A stretch of 54,618 bases of DNA from a virus (IMGVR_UViG_3300025759_000009:1-54618); one strand, 5' to 3'; positions 33,841 to 43,926 are shown, counted from the first letter of the stretch. Notes: generated by a model not told the origin, from the letters alone. A program made the numbers and translations.

Positions 33841-36800
33841 TTAACAGGCCATCAGCACACATGGCACACAGTATGAACCATCGTCATATGTGCAGGTAAC
33901 GTGCGTTGATGTAACTTTAGCGATAGTCTTGCTGCGAACAATGTCATCACCTTGAGGTTTGGCTGTGCCATCACCCGCTGACATTAGCAGATCACCACGA
34001 GAAACTGTTGTGCCTTGAGCAATTCGGATGATTAAATCACCAGTCATAGCTACGTTCATGTCTGTGGTGTAATCTTCACGCTCATCCCAATTTACAAATA
34101 CACCCGCAACATTTGTATCACCTTCGACAGATGACACAGCCATGCAGTTAAGCTGTTCGTTATCTTCATCACCCCACACAGCCATTTGATCCAAGTTGGT
34201 CATAACTGTACCTTTAAGAAGGCCATCAATACGAGTGTTGTCTGCGGTCTGCGACCAGCGAGATAAGTGTCCACCGTTATAAGATACGGTTGTGCCTGAA
34301 ACGCTAATGGAACCTTCTTCGGTACCAGCACTACGCAGAGACAGGATAACACCATCTGCAAATCTATTAAACCCGTGATCGGCTCTACCCGAAGCCCAAA
34401 ACCTTGCGGTAGTTTCTACGCCATCAGAAGCAAAACCAACGCCTGAAACATTAGAGCCATTACCCGGAGTGGATGACGGCGTAGAGATGCTAGCTTCACC
34501 AAAATAAAAGTCCCCTCCAGAGGAGACACGCATTCTAGGAACCCCAGACCCATCCGACAGCACGATGTTGTTGCTTGAGGTGCGGAGGTCCAAGCCGCTT
34601 TGGTTGCCGTTGTAGCGTCCAAGGAAGGTGTTCCTTTCTCCAGTTTCAACAAGATATCCAGAGACTTCACCAATAAATGTGTTTTGCGCTCCTGTTGAAT
34701 ATTGACCAGCGTAAGCCCCCACAAAAGTGTTATAGGCACCTGTGCTGTTTGTAAATCCAGCAATATAACCCAAACTAGTGTTGCGGGTACCTGTGGTGTT
34801 GTTAGCTATTGCCTGATAGCCCACCCCTGTGTTCTTGTCTGCGGTGGTGTTGGATTGAAGTGCCTGACGACCCAACGCCGTGTTATAAGTGCCTGTCGTA
34901 TTTGCATACAACGAAACAGATCCGACCGATGTATTTTCGCTGCCTGTAGTAGTGCTACGGAGAGCGTCTCGACCAATAGCAACCATTTCTGCGCCACCGT
35001 TTGCGCTTTTAGCAGCACTACTCCCAATAGCTATATTGTTGTTTTGACTGGTATTTGACTGTAGTGCATAGCTTCCTATAGCAATATTTTGCACACCAGT
35101 GGTAGTGCCTTCTGCGGAAGCATACCCAATAGCCACATTGTCACCACCAGTGGAGCAAGTTTGCAAAGCAAATGCAGCAGCAGCGAAATTTCGGTATCCT
35201 GTTGTGATGTTTTGACCTGCTCTATGCCCAATACCTGTGTTGTAAGTACCCGTGCTAACATCATACAATGCTTGATAGCCAACGGCGGTGGTGCCAGTTG
35301 CAGTGGTATTACTGTATGCCGCCTGATACCCCACAGCCGTGTTGTTGCTGGCGGTGGTGTTGTTAGCTAAAGAATATGTACCCACAGACGTATTACTAGA
35401 ACCAGTGGTGTTTTGTAAGAAACTTTCTGCACCTACAGTTACGTTCTCTTGACCACTAGTATTATCCTCAAGCGCCCTATACCCGACTGCCGTGTTGTAG
35501 GATGCGGTGGTGTTGGCTTGGAGCGCAGACATACCAAGAGCCGTGTTGTAGGAGCCTGTTGTGTTCGAAACTAAGGAACTTTGCCCACTTGCCATATTAT
35601 TGATGCCAGAAGTATTGTTGTATAAAGCTGACATACCTAGTGCTACATTATTATAACCAGTAGTGTTGCTCCTTAGAGATCCATGACCAAATGCCGATAA
35701 GTTTACCCCTGTAGTATTAGTATAAGCAGCCTGATAACCAACCGCTGTGTTGTTGCCAGCGGTGGTGTTGGAACGAAGTGCATCCTTCCCCATTGCTGTA
35801 TTATAAGCACCCGTAGAGTTGCTTTGCAGAGAATCGTACCCGTAGGCTGAGTTGTTGCTGGCGGTGGTGTTGGAACCTAAAGCAGTCTGACCAAAACCAG
35901 AGTTGTTTTCTCCTGTCGTGTTATTAGACAATGTACCATAACCAACGGCTGTGTTTCTTGACCCCGATGTGTTGTCCCTCAGGGCTTCGTAACCAACGGA
36001 TGTCACAGCCTGACCTGACGTATTTGCAAAAAGAGCCTTATGCCCTACCGCAGTGTTTAAAGTGGTGGCGTTGTTATATAAGGCCTGATAACCGATTGCA
36101 GTTATTGAACTTTGGTTATTACTATAAGCAGCCTGATACCCAACAGCTGTGTTGTTACTGGCGGTGGTGTTGGTTTCAAGTGAGCTTTGCCCTAAAGCGG
36201 TGTTATAATTACCCGTTGTCGTGCTTTGCAAAGCATTTGTGCCAACACCTGTATTGGCGCTTCCTGTGGTGTTACTTAAAAGAGCCGTCCTGCCAACTGC
36301 AACAATCCCAGAACCAGTAGTATTAGCATTCCCCGCTTGATACCCAACAGCGGTGCTGTTGCTGGCGGTGGTGTTGTTTTCTAATGCTTCTGCCCCAAAA
36401 GCCGTGTTGTTGGCACCTGTGGTATTGTCGTATAACGCACTATATCCAACTGCGGTATTATAGCTTGCATTTGAGTTAGTATAAAGTGCCCGCCAACCCA
36501 ACGCAGAATTATAATACCCAGTTTCGTTAGAGAATAATGCAGTATGACCAACCGCTGTGTTGTAGTACGCTGTAGTGTTTGAGCCTAACGCCCCTCCACC
36601 AACGGCTACGTTGCTCCCACCTGTAGTATTTGCATCTAAAGCTGTGCTGCCAACGGCAGTGTTATTCAAGCCTGTTTCATTGGAAAGCATGGCATTGTAA
36701 CCAATAGCCGTGTTTTCATACCCTGAAGTGTTTGCGGTTAGAGCAGATGTGCCTACCGCTGTGTTAAAATTACCGCCAGTGATTATTGCATCTAATGCAT

Positions 36801-37806
36801 TATTACCCAACGCCACGTTATTGGAACCCGTAGGATAATTCCCGTCCAGCTTGATCGTGCCGCCATCGACTGACAGGTTGCCAGCTACAGTTAAACCGTC
36901 CGTGACGGCTGTGCCTGTGATGTCTACGCCAGAAGTCGTTGTAATTATTTTTTCAGCGTTATCGTAGTATAAAGAAACACCCGCATCGACCTCCGCTAAA
37001 ATCATTCTTTCAGTGTTACCTGTGTTTCGTAATTCAAAGTTACCTGCGAGGATACGCAGGTTACCCTGACCCACGTCACCCACATAACTATGAGTCCCAT
37101 CATGGTAAAGCTGTAGGTCAGACCCTGCGCCGAAGATGGCTTTGTCGTCGTCACCGAACAGGATGTCATTACCACCTGTCGTGTTGCCGTTAGCAAGAAC
37201 CTCGGACAGTTCGTTGTTTGCACCAACCTGCGCGTCAACGTAAGCCTTGATGGACTCAGATGTCGCAATGTTCGTCGCAGTCGCCGTACCCATTGTATCG
37301 TCGTCAATAATCGCGGTCACAGACACTCCGCCCAAGCGCAGGCTGTCAAAGTACGCATTGTTAAAGACGTTCGCAGCTACAGCACCAGAACCAGCGCCGT
37401 CAAAGTAAACAACCGCAGTCGTCCCCGCGGGAACCTCATAATCGTTGCTCGCGTTGTACGTCCCTTGAAACAGGATAATGCTGCGCGATCCTGCCAGATT
37501 GTTGCGCACATAAATGATCTTTTCAGAGTCGTTCGGCGTCAACTGCACAAAAGCCGTCGCGCCCAAGTCGCCGCCGTCGGCAAATGTAACCATGCGGTTT
37601 CGGCCATCGGACGCCTCACCGTCTGTAATCGCTAGAGGGTTCGGAGAACCAGATGTCCCCGCACTCGGCAATGTGACAGTAACCTGACCGTCAAGAGCCG
37701 TATCCAAAAGACTTAGGTTTGTGTTCGTTGTATCGCCCCATGTACCGGACTGTTCGCCTGTGCCGATAAGCTCGATACCGTTGTTTAATGTATATGTACT
37801 AGGCAT
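33841..37806 (-). CDS. Tail fibre / receptor-binding protein with many 14-aa NTAVG..AL..NTTG beta-roll repeats and C-terminal chaperone-like domain
   Basis: N-terminal virion anchor (GEQSGTWG.TTNTNL); YadA-head-like repeats; C-terminal GDLL.S.GDG.AK.Q.DD..RSKTIAKV...VPC.L.C. Confidence 0.85.
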   Translation of the reverse strand: MPSTYTLNNGIELIGTGEQSGTWGDTTNTNLSLLDTALDGQVTVTLPSAGTSGSPNPLAITDGEASDGRNRMVTFADGGDLGATAFVQLTPNDSEKIIYVRNNLAGSRSIILFQGTYNASNDYEVPAGTTAVVYFDGAGSGAVAANVFNNAYFDSLRLGGVSVTAIIDDDTMGTATATNIATSESIKAYVDAQVGANNELSEVLANGNTTGGNDILFGDDDKAIFGAGSDLQLYHDGTHSYVGDVGQGNLRILAGNFELRNTGNTERMILAEVDAGVSLYYDNAEKIITTTSGVDITGTAVTDGLTVAGNLSVDGGTIKLDGNYPTGSNNVALGNNALDAIITGGNFNTAVGTSALTANTSGYENTAIGYNAMLSNETGLNNTAVGSTALDANTTGGSNVAVGGGALGSNTTAYYNTAVGHTALFSNETGYYNSALGWRALYTNSNASYNTAVGYSALYDNTTGANNTAFGAEALENNTTASNSTAVGYQAGNANTTGSGIVAVGRTALLSNTTGSANTGVGTNALQSTTTGNYNTALGQSSLETNTTASNNTAVGYQAAYSNNQSSITAIGYQALYNNATTLNTAVGHKALFANTSGQAVTSVGYEALRDNTSGSRNTAVGYGTLSNNTTGENNSGFGQTALGSNTTASNNSAYGYDSLQSNSTGAYNTAMGKDALRSNTTAGNNTAVGYQAAYTNTTGVNLSAFGHGSLRSNTTGYNNVALGMSALYNNTSGINNMASGQSSLVSNTTGSYNTALGMSALQANTTASYNTAVGYRALEDNTSGQENVTVGAESFLQNTTGSSNTSVGTYSLANNTTASNNTAVGYQAAYSNTTATGTTAVGYQALYDVSTGTYNTGIGHRAGQNITTGYRNFAAAAFALQTCSTGGDNVAIGYASAEGTTTGVQNIAIGSYALQSNTSQNNNIAIGSSAAKSANGGAEMVAIGRDALRSTTTGSENTSVGSVSLYANTTGTYNTALGRQALQSNTTADKNTGVGYQAIANNTTGTRNTSLGYIAGFTNSTGAYNTFVGAYAGQYSTGAQNTFIGEVSGYLVETGERNTFLGRYNGNQSGLDLRTSSNNIVLSDGSGVPRMRVSSGGDFYFGEASISTPSSTPGNGSNVSGVGFASDGVETTARFWASGRADHGFNRFADGVILSLRSAGTEEGSISVSGTTVSYNGGHLSRWSQTADNTRIDGLLKGTVMTNLDQMAVWGDEDNEQLNCMAVSSVEGDTNVAGVFVNWDEREDYTTDMNVAMTGDLIIRIAQGTTVSRGDLLMSAGDGTAKPQGDDIVRSKTIAKVTSTHVTCTYDDGSYCVPCVLMAC

Positions 37807-37815
37807 TTTTCGATC

Positions 37816-38601
37816 CTATGCTGCTATGTCATCCCAGCTTGGAGTTTGAGACGGTGTTTCGTCACTCCACGCAGGGGTAGAAGATGGTGTTACGGGACTA
37901 TAACCCGGATTTTGATTTGGAACAATACGTCCCCATACAAGAACTTGACCTGCCTCGCCAGTTCCTTCGACGCCAATTACAAGAACATCTGAGTTTGCTG
38001 TGATTGAAACTTCGCCAACTTCACCTGTGCCTTCAACACCAGTGACATTAACATTGACAACAATTTCCACGATAACGGAGCCAACAGTGCCTGTCGCCTC
38101 TAATCCTGTAACAGGCGCATTAGCGCCCGCAATAACCTCAATAAAGCCGCCGTAGACAAAACCTTGAGCCTGTAGTCCGCTTGGTATCTCTACAGTTGCG
38201 TCTGCCTCAACAACAACGCCGCCCTCTGCTGTTGTTGCTTCAAGTCCAGTAACAGGAACATTCGCTCCACCCACAACAGCAGCAGTGCCAACCTCACCCG
38301 TAGCCTCAACACCTGTTGGGAATACATTAGCCTCGGCAACAACCGAAACACTGCCAACGCCGCCAACGGCTTCAAGCCCCGTTACCGGGACATTGGCCTG
38401 ACCAGTCGCCGTTACTGTGCCAACGCCGCCTGTCGCCTCTAAGCCCGTTACGTCAACATTGGCCTCGGCAATAACCGAAACAGACCCCACCGCTCCTGTG
38501 GCGGAAACACCGTCCACAAAAACCTTGAGGATAGGAGTGCCAAAAGAACCATCACTCCAAGTGGATCGACCCCACCCTTCATATAGAGTTGACGAGGCCA
38601 T
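37816..38601 (-). CDS. Tail-associated protein with ~20-aa VTGLEATGxVGxV repeats
   Basis: Tandem Val/Gly/Thr/Glu repeats; located in the tail module. Confidence 0.75.
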   Translation of the reverse strand: MASSTLYEGWGRSTWSDGSFGTPILKVFVDGVSATGAVGSVSVIAEANVDVTGLEATGGVGTVTATGQANVPVTGLEAVGGVGSVSVVAEANVFPTGVEATGEVGTAAVVGGANVPVTGLEATTAEGGVVVEADATVEIPSGLQAQGFVYGGFIEVIAGANAPVTGLEATGTVGSVIVEIVVNVNVTGVEGTGEVGEVSITANSDVLVIGVEGTGEAGQVLVWGRIVPNQNPGYSPVTPSSTPAWSDETPSQTPSWDDIAA

Positions 38602-38611
38602 AAACTAGACC

Positions 38612-39040
38612 TTACGCGATACGAATGATGGCGTTAGATGCGTCCGCTGTTGGGAATACGATTGTGAAGTCACCAGCCGTTGACGTTTTGTCAGCACCAA
38701 AATCAAGTACAACAACCGCACGGTTGCCGTTTGTAGAATTGTAAATCAGTGCCCCACGCGCTGTGATCGTTGCTGTTGTAAAGGTAAAATCAGCAAAGTC
38801 AGAAAACGCAGTCGTTCCAGAAGTTGTAGGATCAATGTTTGTTAGCGTCCCGCCACCCGCAGAATAGCCTGTGCCGCTAATCTCACCGGAAGTTGTATAT
38901 ACCGTCGTAGAAGCATCAAGCGTTGCGGTGTTGTCGTACAACGCAATTTTGTAGGCATTCGCGCCTACGTTAAAGTCGTGCAAACCTTCCAAGATTTCTT
39001 GCTTGAAAGATGTGCACATATAGTTACCTGTAAATGCCAT
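38612..39040 (-). CDS. Tail/virion structural protein
   Basis: CTSFK.E.L.G.HDF...ITARGALIYN...VLDFG.DK...GDFTI.FP conserved pattern. Confidence 0.8.
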   Translation of the reverse strand: MAFTGNYMCTSFKQEILEGLHDFNVGANAYKIALYDNTATLDASTTVYTTSGEISGTGYSAGGGTLTNIDPTTSGTTAFSDFADFTFTTATITARGALIYNSTNGNRAVVVLDFGADKTSTAGDFTIVFPTADASNAIIRIA

Positions 39041-39051
39041 TTCTAGTCTCC

Positions 39052-39699
39052 TTATGTTTTCTCTCTCAAGATTAGCCCAGTGCGGTACGCATCTGTAACT
39101 TCTTGTGACTCACCAAAGTTTTTAACACGAGATAGAGCCTCAGTAAATCTCTGGGTATAGTTCTGCACCAAGTCAGCCTCACCCTTCATAAAGGTGTAAG
39201 CCTCGATCAGACTGCCGTAAAGCAACGCTACAGAAGCATTTGTGCTCAACCATGTAGTTCCACTATCACCCCCAGATGTTAGGCTTGCAGGGCGATAGAA
39301 ATAATGAAGCTCAACGTCATACGCTGCGTCAGGCGTGGGACCCAATATGAAGTTTTCTATATCGAACTGGGCGTAGTATCGAGGTGCGCCAGTCGAAGAA
39401 TTGTTCGGGTTAAATGACTGAACAAAGTTAACATCTTTAAACAAGACGAACTCTTTGTTGCCATTCGATGTAAATGAAAGGCTAAATGGAGCCAAATAAT
39501 CGCTAGGAAGTGCCAAATACTGGTTTCCAAGAGTCATATTGCCCGTCTGGTTCTTTCGAAACACTTCTAACTGAGCAATCTTCAAGATACGCTCTTCAGT
39601 ATTCTTGATAAAAACATCTAAGTTATTCACAAAGGTTGTCTCTGTGTTCTCAGTGTAATCCTGAATCGCTGTCTTCAGTTCTGCGTATGTAAAGCTCAT
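39052..39699 (-). CDS. Head-tail adaptor-like protein
   Basis: TYAELKTAIQDY.E, G.PRYYA, PTPD..Y..ELHY, LLYG.L.EA. Confidence 0.8.
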   Translation of the reverse strand: MSFTYAELKTAIQDYTENTETTFVNNLDVFIKNTEERILKIAQLEVFRKNQTGNMTLGNQYLALPSDYLAPFSLSFTSNGNKEFVLFKDVNFVQSFNPNNSSTGAPRYYAQFDIENFILGPTPDAAYDVELHYFYRPASLTSGGDSGTTWLSTNASVALLYGSLIEAYTFMKGEADLVQNYTQRFTEALSRVKNFGESQEVTDAYRTGLILREKT

Positions 39700-40022
39700 G
39701 TTATGCTCACCGTCACACTACCAACAGAGCCAGTAGCTACCAAATTATTAGGCGTTAGCCCACCATCATACGTCAATCCTACAGGATTCCATCCCCATTG
39801 TATATTGTCTTGCTGAGGCACGTTCTGTTCAGGACGCGGATTTCGCAATGCTTGGGGATCAGGAGTGGCTCGAAGAGGCTCAAGCTGTGGTTGCTTGGCT
39901 TCCCACTCATCTTTGCCCACAAGAAGTCCATTCCATTCCTTGCGCATGTCTTTTAGGCGGTATCTGAAGCCAGATCGGTCAGATATGCCATATGCCCACT
40001 TTCCTGTGGCATACTTAGACAT
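39696..40022 (-). CDS. Conserved virion-module protein
   Basis: YA.GK.A.GISDRSGFRY...EWNGLLV...E.KQPQL. Confidence 0.8.
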   Translation of the reverse strand: MSKYATGKWAYGISDRSGFRYRLKDMRKEWNGLLVGKDEWEAKQPQLEPLRATPDPQALRNPRPEQNVPQQDNIQWGWNPVGLTYDGGLTPNNLVATGSVGSVTVSIT

Positions 40023-40683
40023 AACGATAATTCCTTAAATCTGGTGCAACGCGGAACGATGCACGGTCACGGTCTTCGTCCATAGCGCGCCCAATTTCCT
40101 CTTCATACACTGATTTTAGCATCTGAGAGCGGTCTGGAGCGCGTTTTATACTGATATAATAAGCTAAACCAGCCGCTAAAGCAGGGTAAAATCGAAACGG
40201 AACTTGCAGTGTATTTGTGTAATTATCGGCGTCATCTAGCCGTATTAGAGAGTCATAATACACTACATCAGTGCTATTATCGGGCAAAGGCCACAATTTT
40301 AAGACAGGATTGATCTGTCTGTCGATAAAATACTGAGTAGGGCGACCAGTTGTCGATTTAGTAGGAATATTAAGGTATTCGTCACGACTAATGCGGTCTA
40401 AGGCGTAATCTGTGCCGTCTCGGCGCACCACAAGCGAAAGAACGTCAATTGTGGACGTTCCAAGGTCATATTCTCCATCACCAGAGACCAAAGCCAAGTT
40501 TCTTTGAGATATAGTCCACTGATTAAGGCCACGGTTGGCCCAGTCAGCAAACATTAGGTTCATAGAACGCTTGGCGGTCTTGAGATCGTATCCTGTACGA
40601 ACTTCTAGCCCACAACGCTCAAACGCCTCTTCGACGTAATCGGCAACATCTAATTCAAAGTCTGTTGATCCAGATACAGTCAT
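40015..40683 (-). CDS. Head-tail adaptor / tail tubular A-like protein
   Basis: EEAFERCG, GYDL.TA.RS.N, WANRG.N.W, GRP.QY, PFRF.P.L.AGLAYY. Confidence 0.8.
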   Translation of the reverse strand: MTVSGSTDFELDVADYVEEAFERCGLEVRTGYDLKTAKRSMNLMFADWANRGLNQWTISQRNLALVSGDGEYDLGTSTIDVLSLVVRRDGTDYALDRISRDEYLNIPTKSTTGRPTQYFIDRQINPVLKLWPLPDNSTDVVYYDSLIRLDDADNYTNTLQVPFRFYPALAAGLAYYISIKRAPDRSQMLKSVYEEEIGRAMDEDRDRASFRVAPDLRNYRYV

Positions 40684-40958
40684 TTCTTTTTCCTTTTAAG
40701 AGACTTAACTCTTTTTGGCTTGCCAGCAGGCTGTCCAAGTCGCTTCTTTTGTGCCACTCTACTACGCTTTTCGCTCGTTGTCATCTCTGAAGCGGTCTTG
40801 GGTGTCTTTGAGTTAACGCGCTTGCTTGGTCGGCAGTAAGGAGTTCCTCGCTTTTCGCCTTCTTTGCGACCACAGGCTTTACCAGTGCGGACATCTTTCC
40901 AGTCCTCTTTGAACCATCTCTTTAAAGCAGCGCCTTTTTTCGTTTTTCTAACAGCCAT
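40680..40958 (-). CDS. Small Lys/Arg-rich protein (DUF5872-like)
   Basis: LKRWFKE.W.DV.TGK.CGR...PYCRP.KRV..KTPKT. Confidence 0.75.
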   Translation of the reverse strand: MAVRKTKKGAALKRWFKEDWKDVRTGKACGRKEGEKRGTPYCRPSKRVNSKTPKTASEMTTSEKRSRVAQKKRLGQPAGKPKRVKSLKRKKK

Positions 40959-41236
40959 TAGCTCATCTTCGTTACTTTACGGCGATTTGAGGCAACCTTA
41001 CCGCATCCATTCGCGATAACCTCTCCACCAGCCATCATACGACGCACTGGACGCTTACGATACTCGTTAGATGGCCCAATAGCGCCACCCATAGCCTTCT
41101 TTACAGGCTTTTTCTTGCTGTTTCCCCAGTTTTTAGCACCTACTTTACGACACTTTGCGATTGCGCCGCTTGCGTATGCGCTTGGGAACACTTTGTACCT
41201 TGCTTTTACCTTTTTGTAGCACGCGTCCTTTGGCAT
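40958..41236 (-). CDS. Small basic protein with MxxGG motifs
   Basis: KDACY.KVK.RYKVFPSAYASGA; AMGGAI, MMAGGEV. Confidence 0.75.
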   Translation of the reverse strand: MPKDACYKKVKARYKVFPSAYASGAIAKCRKVGAKNWGNSKKKPVKKAMGGAIGPSNEYRKRPVRRMMAGGEVIANGCGKVASNRRKVTKMS

Positions 41237-41300
41237 TTTTCTTCCTCTTCATAGGCGGCTTGGTCACTTGCTGCGCCATCTGTGAGCGGCCTATAGCCAT
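41145..41300 (-). CDS. Overlapping basic micro-ORF (51 aa) starting MAIGRSQMAQQV
   Basis: ATG 1 nt after the upstream stop; N-terminus resembles the MCP N-terminus; not in the track. Confidence 0.45.
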   Translation of the reverse strand: MAIGRSQMAQQVTKPPMKRKKNAKGRVLQKGKSKVQSVPKRIRKRRNRKVS

Positions 41301-41301
41301 A

Positions 41302-41595
41302 TTAACACTTCCAACGCTTACGCGCCTGCCTCAAGCGACTATTAGGGTCCTTTGCCGCTTTTGGGAACTTCTTCATTTGACCTGCCGAACGAGCGCAGTA
41401 GGATTTACGCCGCTTGGCATCCTTGCTGCCCTTTTTGACCTTACCAGTCACAGCAGTTTTTAATTTTGAACCGGGATTAGCTTTTTTGTAGGCTTCCACA
41501 CCTTTTTTGGTCATACCCGCGCCAGACTTGGTTTTGCGGTAATTACCGCCTTTACCAGTGGTTTTGCGTATTGGATTCTCTTTTTTACGAGCCAT
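41302..41595 (-). CDS. Small Lys/Arg-rich protein (DUF6321-like)
   Basis: GMT.KGV.AY...NPGSKLKTAVTG...RRKSYCARS...DPNSR..QAR.RWKC. Confidence 0.8.
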   Translation of the reverse strand: MARKKENPIRKTTGKGGNYRKTKSGAGMTKKGVEAYKKANPGSKLKTAVTGKVKKGSKDAKRRKSYCARSAGQMKKFPKAAKDPNSRLRQARKRWKC

Positions 41596-42338
41596 CAGGA
41601 CCAATCCTCGTTTTTAATCAATACACCCTGAAAGACCGCACTAATCGCATTGTTTTGGTTTTTGCTACACTTAGCTCTAACTTCTACATCGGTCTTTTCT
41701 TCAATTTTCAAAGGCTGCGTGAAGGGGAAAATTAATTCACCGCCAATAATATCCACTTTAACGCTAGTTCTGAAAACACCGTTATTTCTACGAGTCAAAA
41801 AACGCACAGTCATAAACGCACCAGAAGTATCTGTCCCGTGAGTAGCTATGCCCTCTGTGACGTACAAAGTATGCCCAGCAGGCACAGTGTAAACAGCCAT
41901 TAAGGTTTGATTTTCACCTAACGTAATTTGTGCATACGTCGTGCTAGAATTGGCAATCGTGACGTTTCCAGTCGGTGCCTGCGATCCAGAAACAAAAGCT
42001 CTATAGAGGCGCAAGAAAAACGTATCAGATTCTGCGAATCCAGTTCCATCCAAAACCACGACTTCGCTTACTTCGTTATAGTCCGCGTCGAGTCCCACCA
42101 TGGTAATTTCAACGAACTCATCGTCAGCACCACCCGCAGAAGTTGCTGTCATTTTTACCGCAGAAGTTGGATATGCGTAGATTCCACCAACATCCCATAT
42201 AGTTTCTTCTACGTTAACAATCAGTGGATTGTAGCCGTACTTAAACAGCGCAGTATGGCCCGTAATATCACCACGGGCCACCTGTAGCTCAAATGGCTCA
42301 GATGTTCCAATCTGTGTTATGGAACGATAATTAGCCAT
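41595..42338 (-). CDS. Putative virion structural protein
   Basis: EPFELQVARG.I.GH, KYGYN, QTLMA.YTVPAG, EKTD.EVRA; beta-rich. Confidence 0.75.
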   Translation of the reverse strand: MANYRSITQIGTSEPFELQVARGDITGHTALFKYGYNPLIVNVEETIWDVGGIYAYPTSAVKMTATSAGGADDEFVEITMVGLDADYNEVSEVVVLDGTGFAESDTFFLRLYRAFVSGSQAPTGNVTIANSSTTYAQITLGENQTLMAVYTVPAGHTLYVTEGIATHGTDTSGAFMTVRFLTRRNNGVFRTSVKVDIIGGELIFPFTQPLKIEEKTDVEVRAKCSKNQNNAISAVFQGVLIKNEDWS

Positions 42339-42348
42339 CCAACCCTCT

Positions 42349-42630
42349 TTATGACAAAAAGATTGTCAATTGGTTGCTTGCACCTGTGAACGCACTTATA
42401 TAAGCGCCATTCGTCGCAAGAATGCCATCATCTGGAATGTTCAAATGATGAATCCCTGTTGGGAATGTCTGTGTAATCAGCGTATCACCAGACGCGCTAC
42501 CGTTCTTGATTGTGAATGCGCCAGCCGCAGCCGCGTAAATTACAATCTGACGGATACGCGAACGTGAGTCGCCAACAACAGCAGCAGTAGTGCCCTGCGT
42601 CCAATTATATGCTTTTACTGGACCTGCCAT
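42349..42630 (-). CDS. Small beta-rich virion protein
   Basis: IPDDGIL...G.Y motif; AGGAGG SD. Confidence 0.75.
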   Translation of the reverse strand: MAGPVKAYNWTQGTTAAVVGDSRSRIRQIVIYAAAAGAFTIKNGSASGDTLITQTFPTGIHHLNIPDDGILATNGAYISAFTGASNQLTIFLS

Positions 42631-42642
42631 AAACGCCTCCTA

Positions 42643-42852
42643 TTATGTTAGAGCAGCGCCAACAGCAGTAACCCAAGCGGCTCCTGTATTGATTACTAAA
42701 CAGTATTCGTTGTTGCCTGCGCCATTGTCGCTGACAATGTAAACAGTACCAACAGTAGTATCTGCAAAAGCAGGTAAGTTAGCAGTTGTTACAACTGGAA
42801 CCTCAAAGCCATTGGTTGACTGTACTGGGCCTGAAAAATGTGTAGTTGCCAT
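42643..42852 (-). CDS. Small virion protein (TTHFSGPV.S.NGF N-terminus)
   Basis: GAGGAG SD; follows the MCP terminator. Confidence 0.75.
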   Translation of the reverse strand: MATTHFSGPVQSTNGFEVPVVTTANLPAFADTTVGTVYIVSDNGAGNNEYCLVINTGAAWVTAVGAALT

Positions 42853-42944
42853 GTTTTTCTCCTCTCGTGTCCGAGGTCAACTCCATATGCGTGCAAAACA
42901 TATGGATATATACCGAGCATTATTACTCAAGTTCAGAATAACAC

Positions 42945-42986
42945 AAAGAAAGAAAAAAGAAAGGGGCCACCGAAGCAGCCCCTTTC
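42945..42986 (-). terminator. Rho-independent terminator after the major capsid gene
   Basis: GAAAGGGGCTGC-TTCG-GTGGCCCCTTTC plus T-tract. Confidence 0.9.
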
Positions 42987-43005
42987 AAATGACGTTTCAA
43001 CCGAA

Positions 43006-43914
43006 TTAGGCTCCGGGTGAACCAAATACTGCGCGTGGATCGGAATAGCCGAAGCTATAACGCTCACGAGCTTTAAAGCGCATGTTGCCTGTGTCGAAGT
43101 CAGCTTCCATGTTTGTCCGCATTGGCGAACGCTCAAAGTGCTTGAATCCGTTAGGCGCGTCAGTCTTGATGAAGAACGCATCTGGGTCTGTCAAGAAGTG
43201 GTTAACAGTGTAACCCTCTGGAAGCATACCCATGTTACGAATTGCGTTTACATCATTATCGGCTGTGCCAACACGCAATGTTGATTCCAACAAACGATCT
43301 GCAACGAATTGCAGTTGTGGTGGAATGATCATTTTTGTGCCGCGCAAAGCGATAATCATGTTACGCTCATCTACGAAGGTCGAGATGTCAATCAACGCAT
43401 TTTCCAACGATGTTTCGTTGAGATCAGCCGCTGTTGATGGCTCGTTGCGGAAAGTGCCGCCACCTGCAAGTGGGTGAGCAGTCGAGCAAAGCTCAACGCC
43501 GTCACCACCAGCGAAGCTAGAGTTGAACGCGTTGTTCAATACTGCCGCCGCTTTAACCTGCTTAGTGTGTGCCATAGAACGCGCAAGCGCCTTCGTATAG
43601 CGAGCACCAAGACGGTCATACAGGTTGTCTTCGATTGCTTCTTCGGTCAATGCGAAAGCTAATGCAACGGTCTCATGTGAGTAACGTGCAGTATATGCTT
43701 CGTTTGCATTGTCGAACTCAACCCCAGAACCCTCTGATTTTGTTGGAGCATTTCCAAATCCGACGAGCATAACTTCTTCTTCGAATGCACGGTCTGATGT
43801 TTCCGTATCAAAGATTTCAGCGTGCTCGCCTTCATAGCGATCATACTCCATGCCGAACAAAGCGTTGAGGCCCGGTTCTAGCTCTTTGACCAGTTGTGAA
43901 CGTGAAATAGCCAT
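43006..43914 (-). CDS. Major capsid protein
   Basis: MAISRSQLVKELEPGLNALFG.EY, FALTEEAIEDNLY, F.TGN.RFKARERYSFG.SDPR; strong SD and terminator. Confidence 0.93.
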   Translation of the reverse strand: MAISRSQLVKELEPGLNALFGMEYDRYEGEHAEIFDTETSDRAFEEEVMLVGFGNAPTKSEGSGVEFDNANEAYTARYSHETVALAFALTEEAIEDNLYDRLGARYTKALARSMAHTKQVKAAAVLNNAFNSSFAGGDGVELCSTAHPLAGGGTFRNEPSTAADLNETSLENALIDISTFVDERNMIIALRGTKMIIPPQLQFVADRLLESTLRVGTADNDVNAIRNMGMLPEGYTVNHFLTDPDAFFIKTDAPNGFKHFERSPMRTNMEADFDTGNMRFKARERYSFGYSDPRAVFGSPGA

Positions 43915-43926
43915 AACTCAGTCTCC

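Noticed and set aside
33841-37806. Diversity-generating retroelement target
   Set aside because: No reverse transcriptase and no TR/VR pair with adenine-specific mismatches seen.
42853-42940. Structured leader RNA upstream of 42643..42852
   Set aside because: Only one clear hairpin (CCATATG/CATATGG); insufficient to call an ncRNA without homologs.
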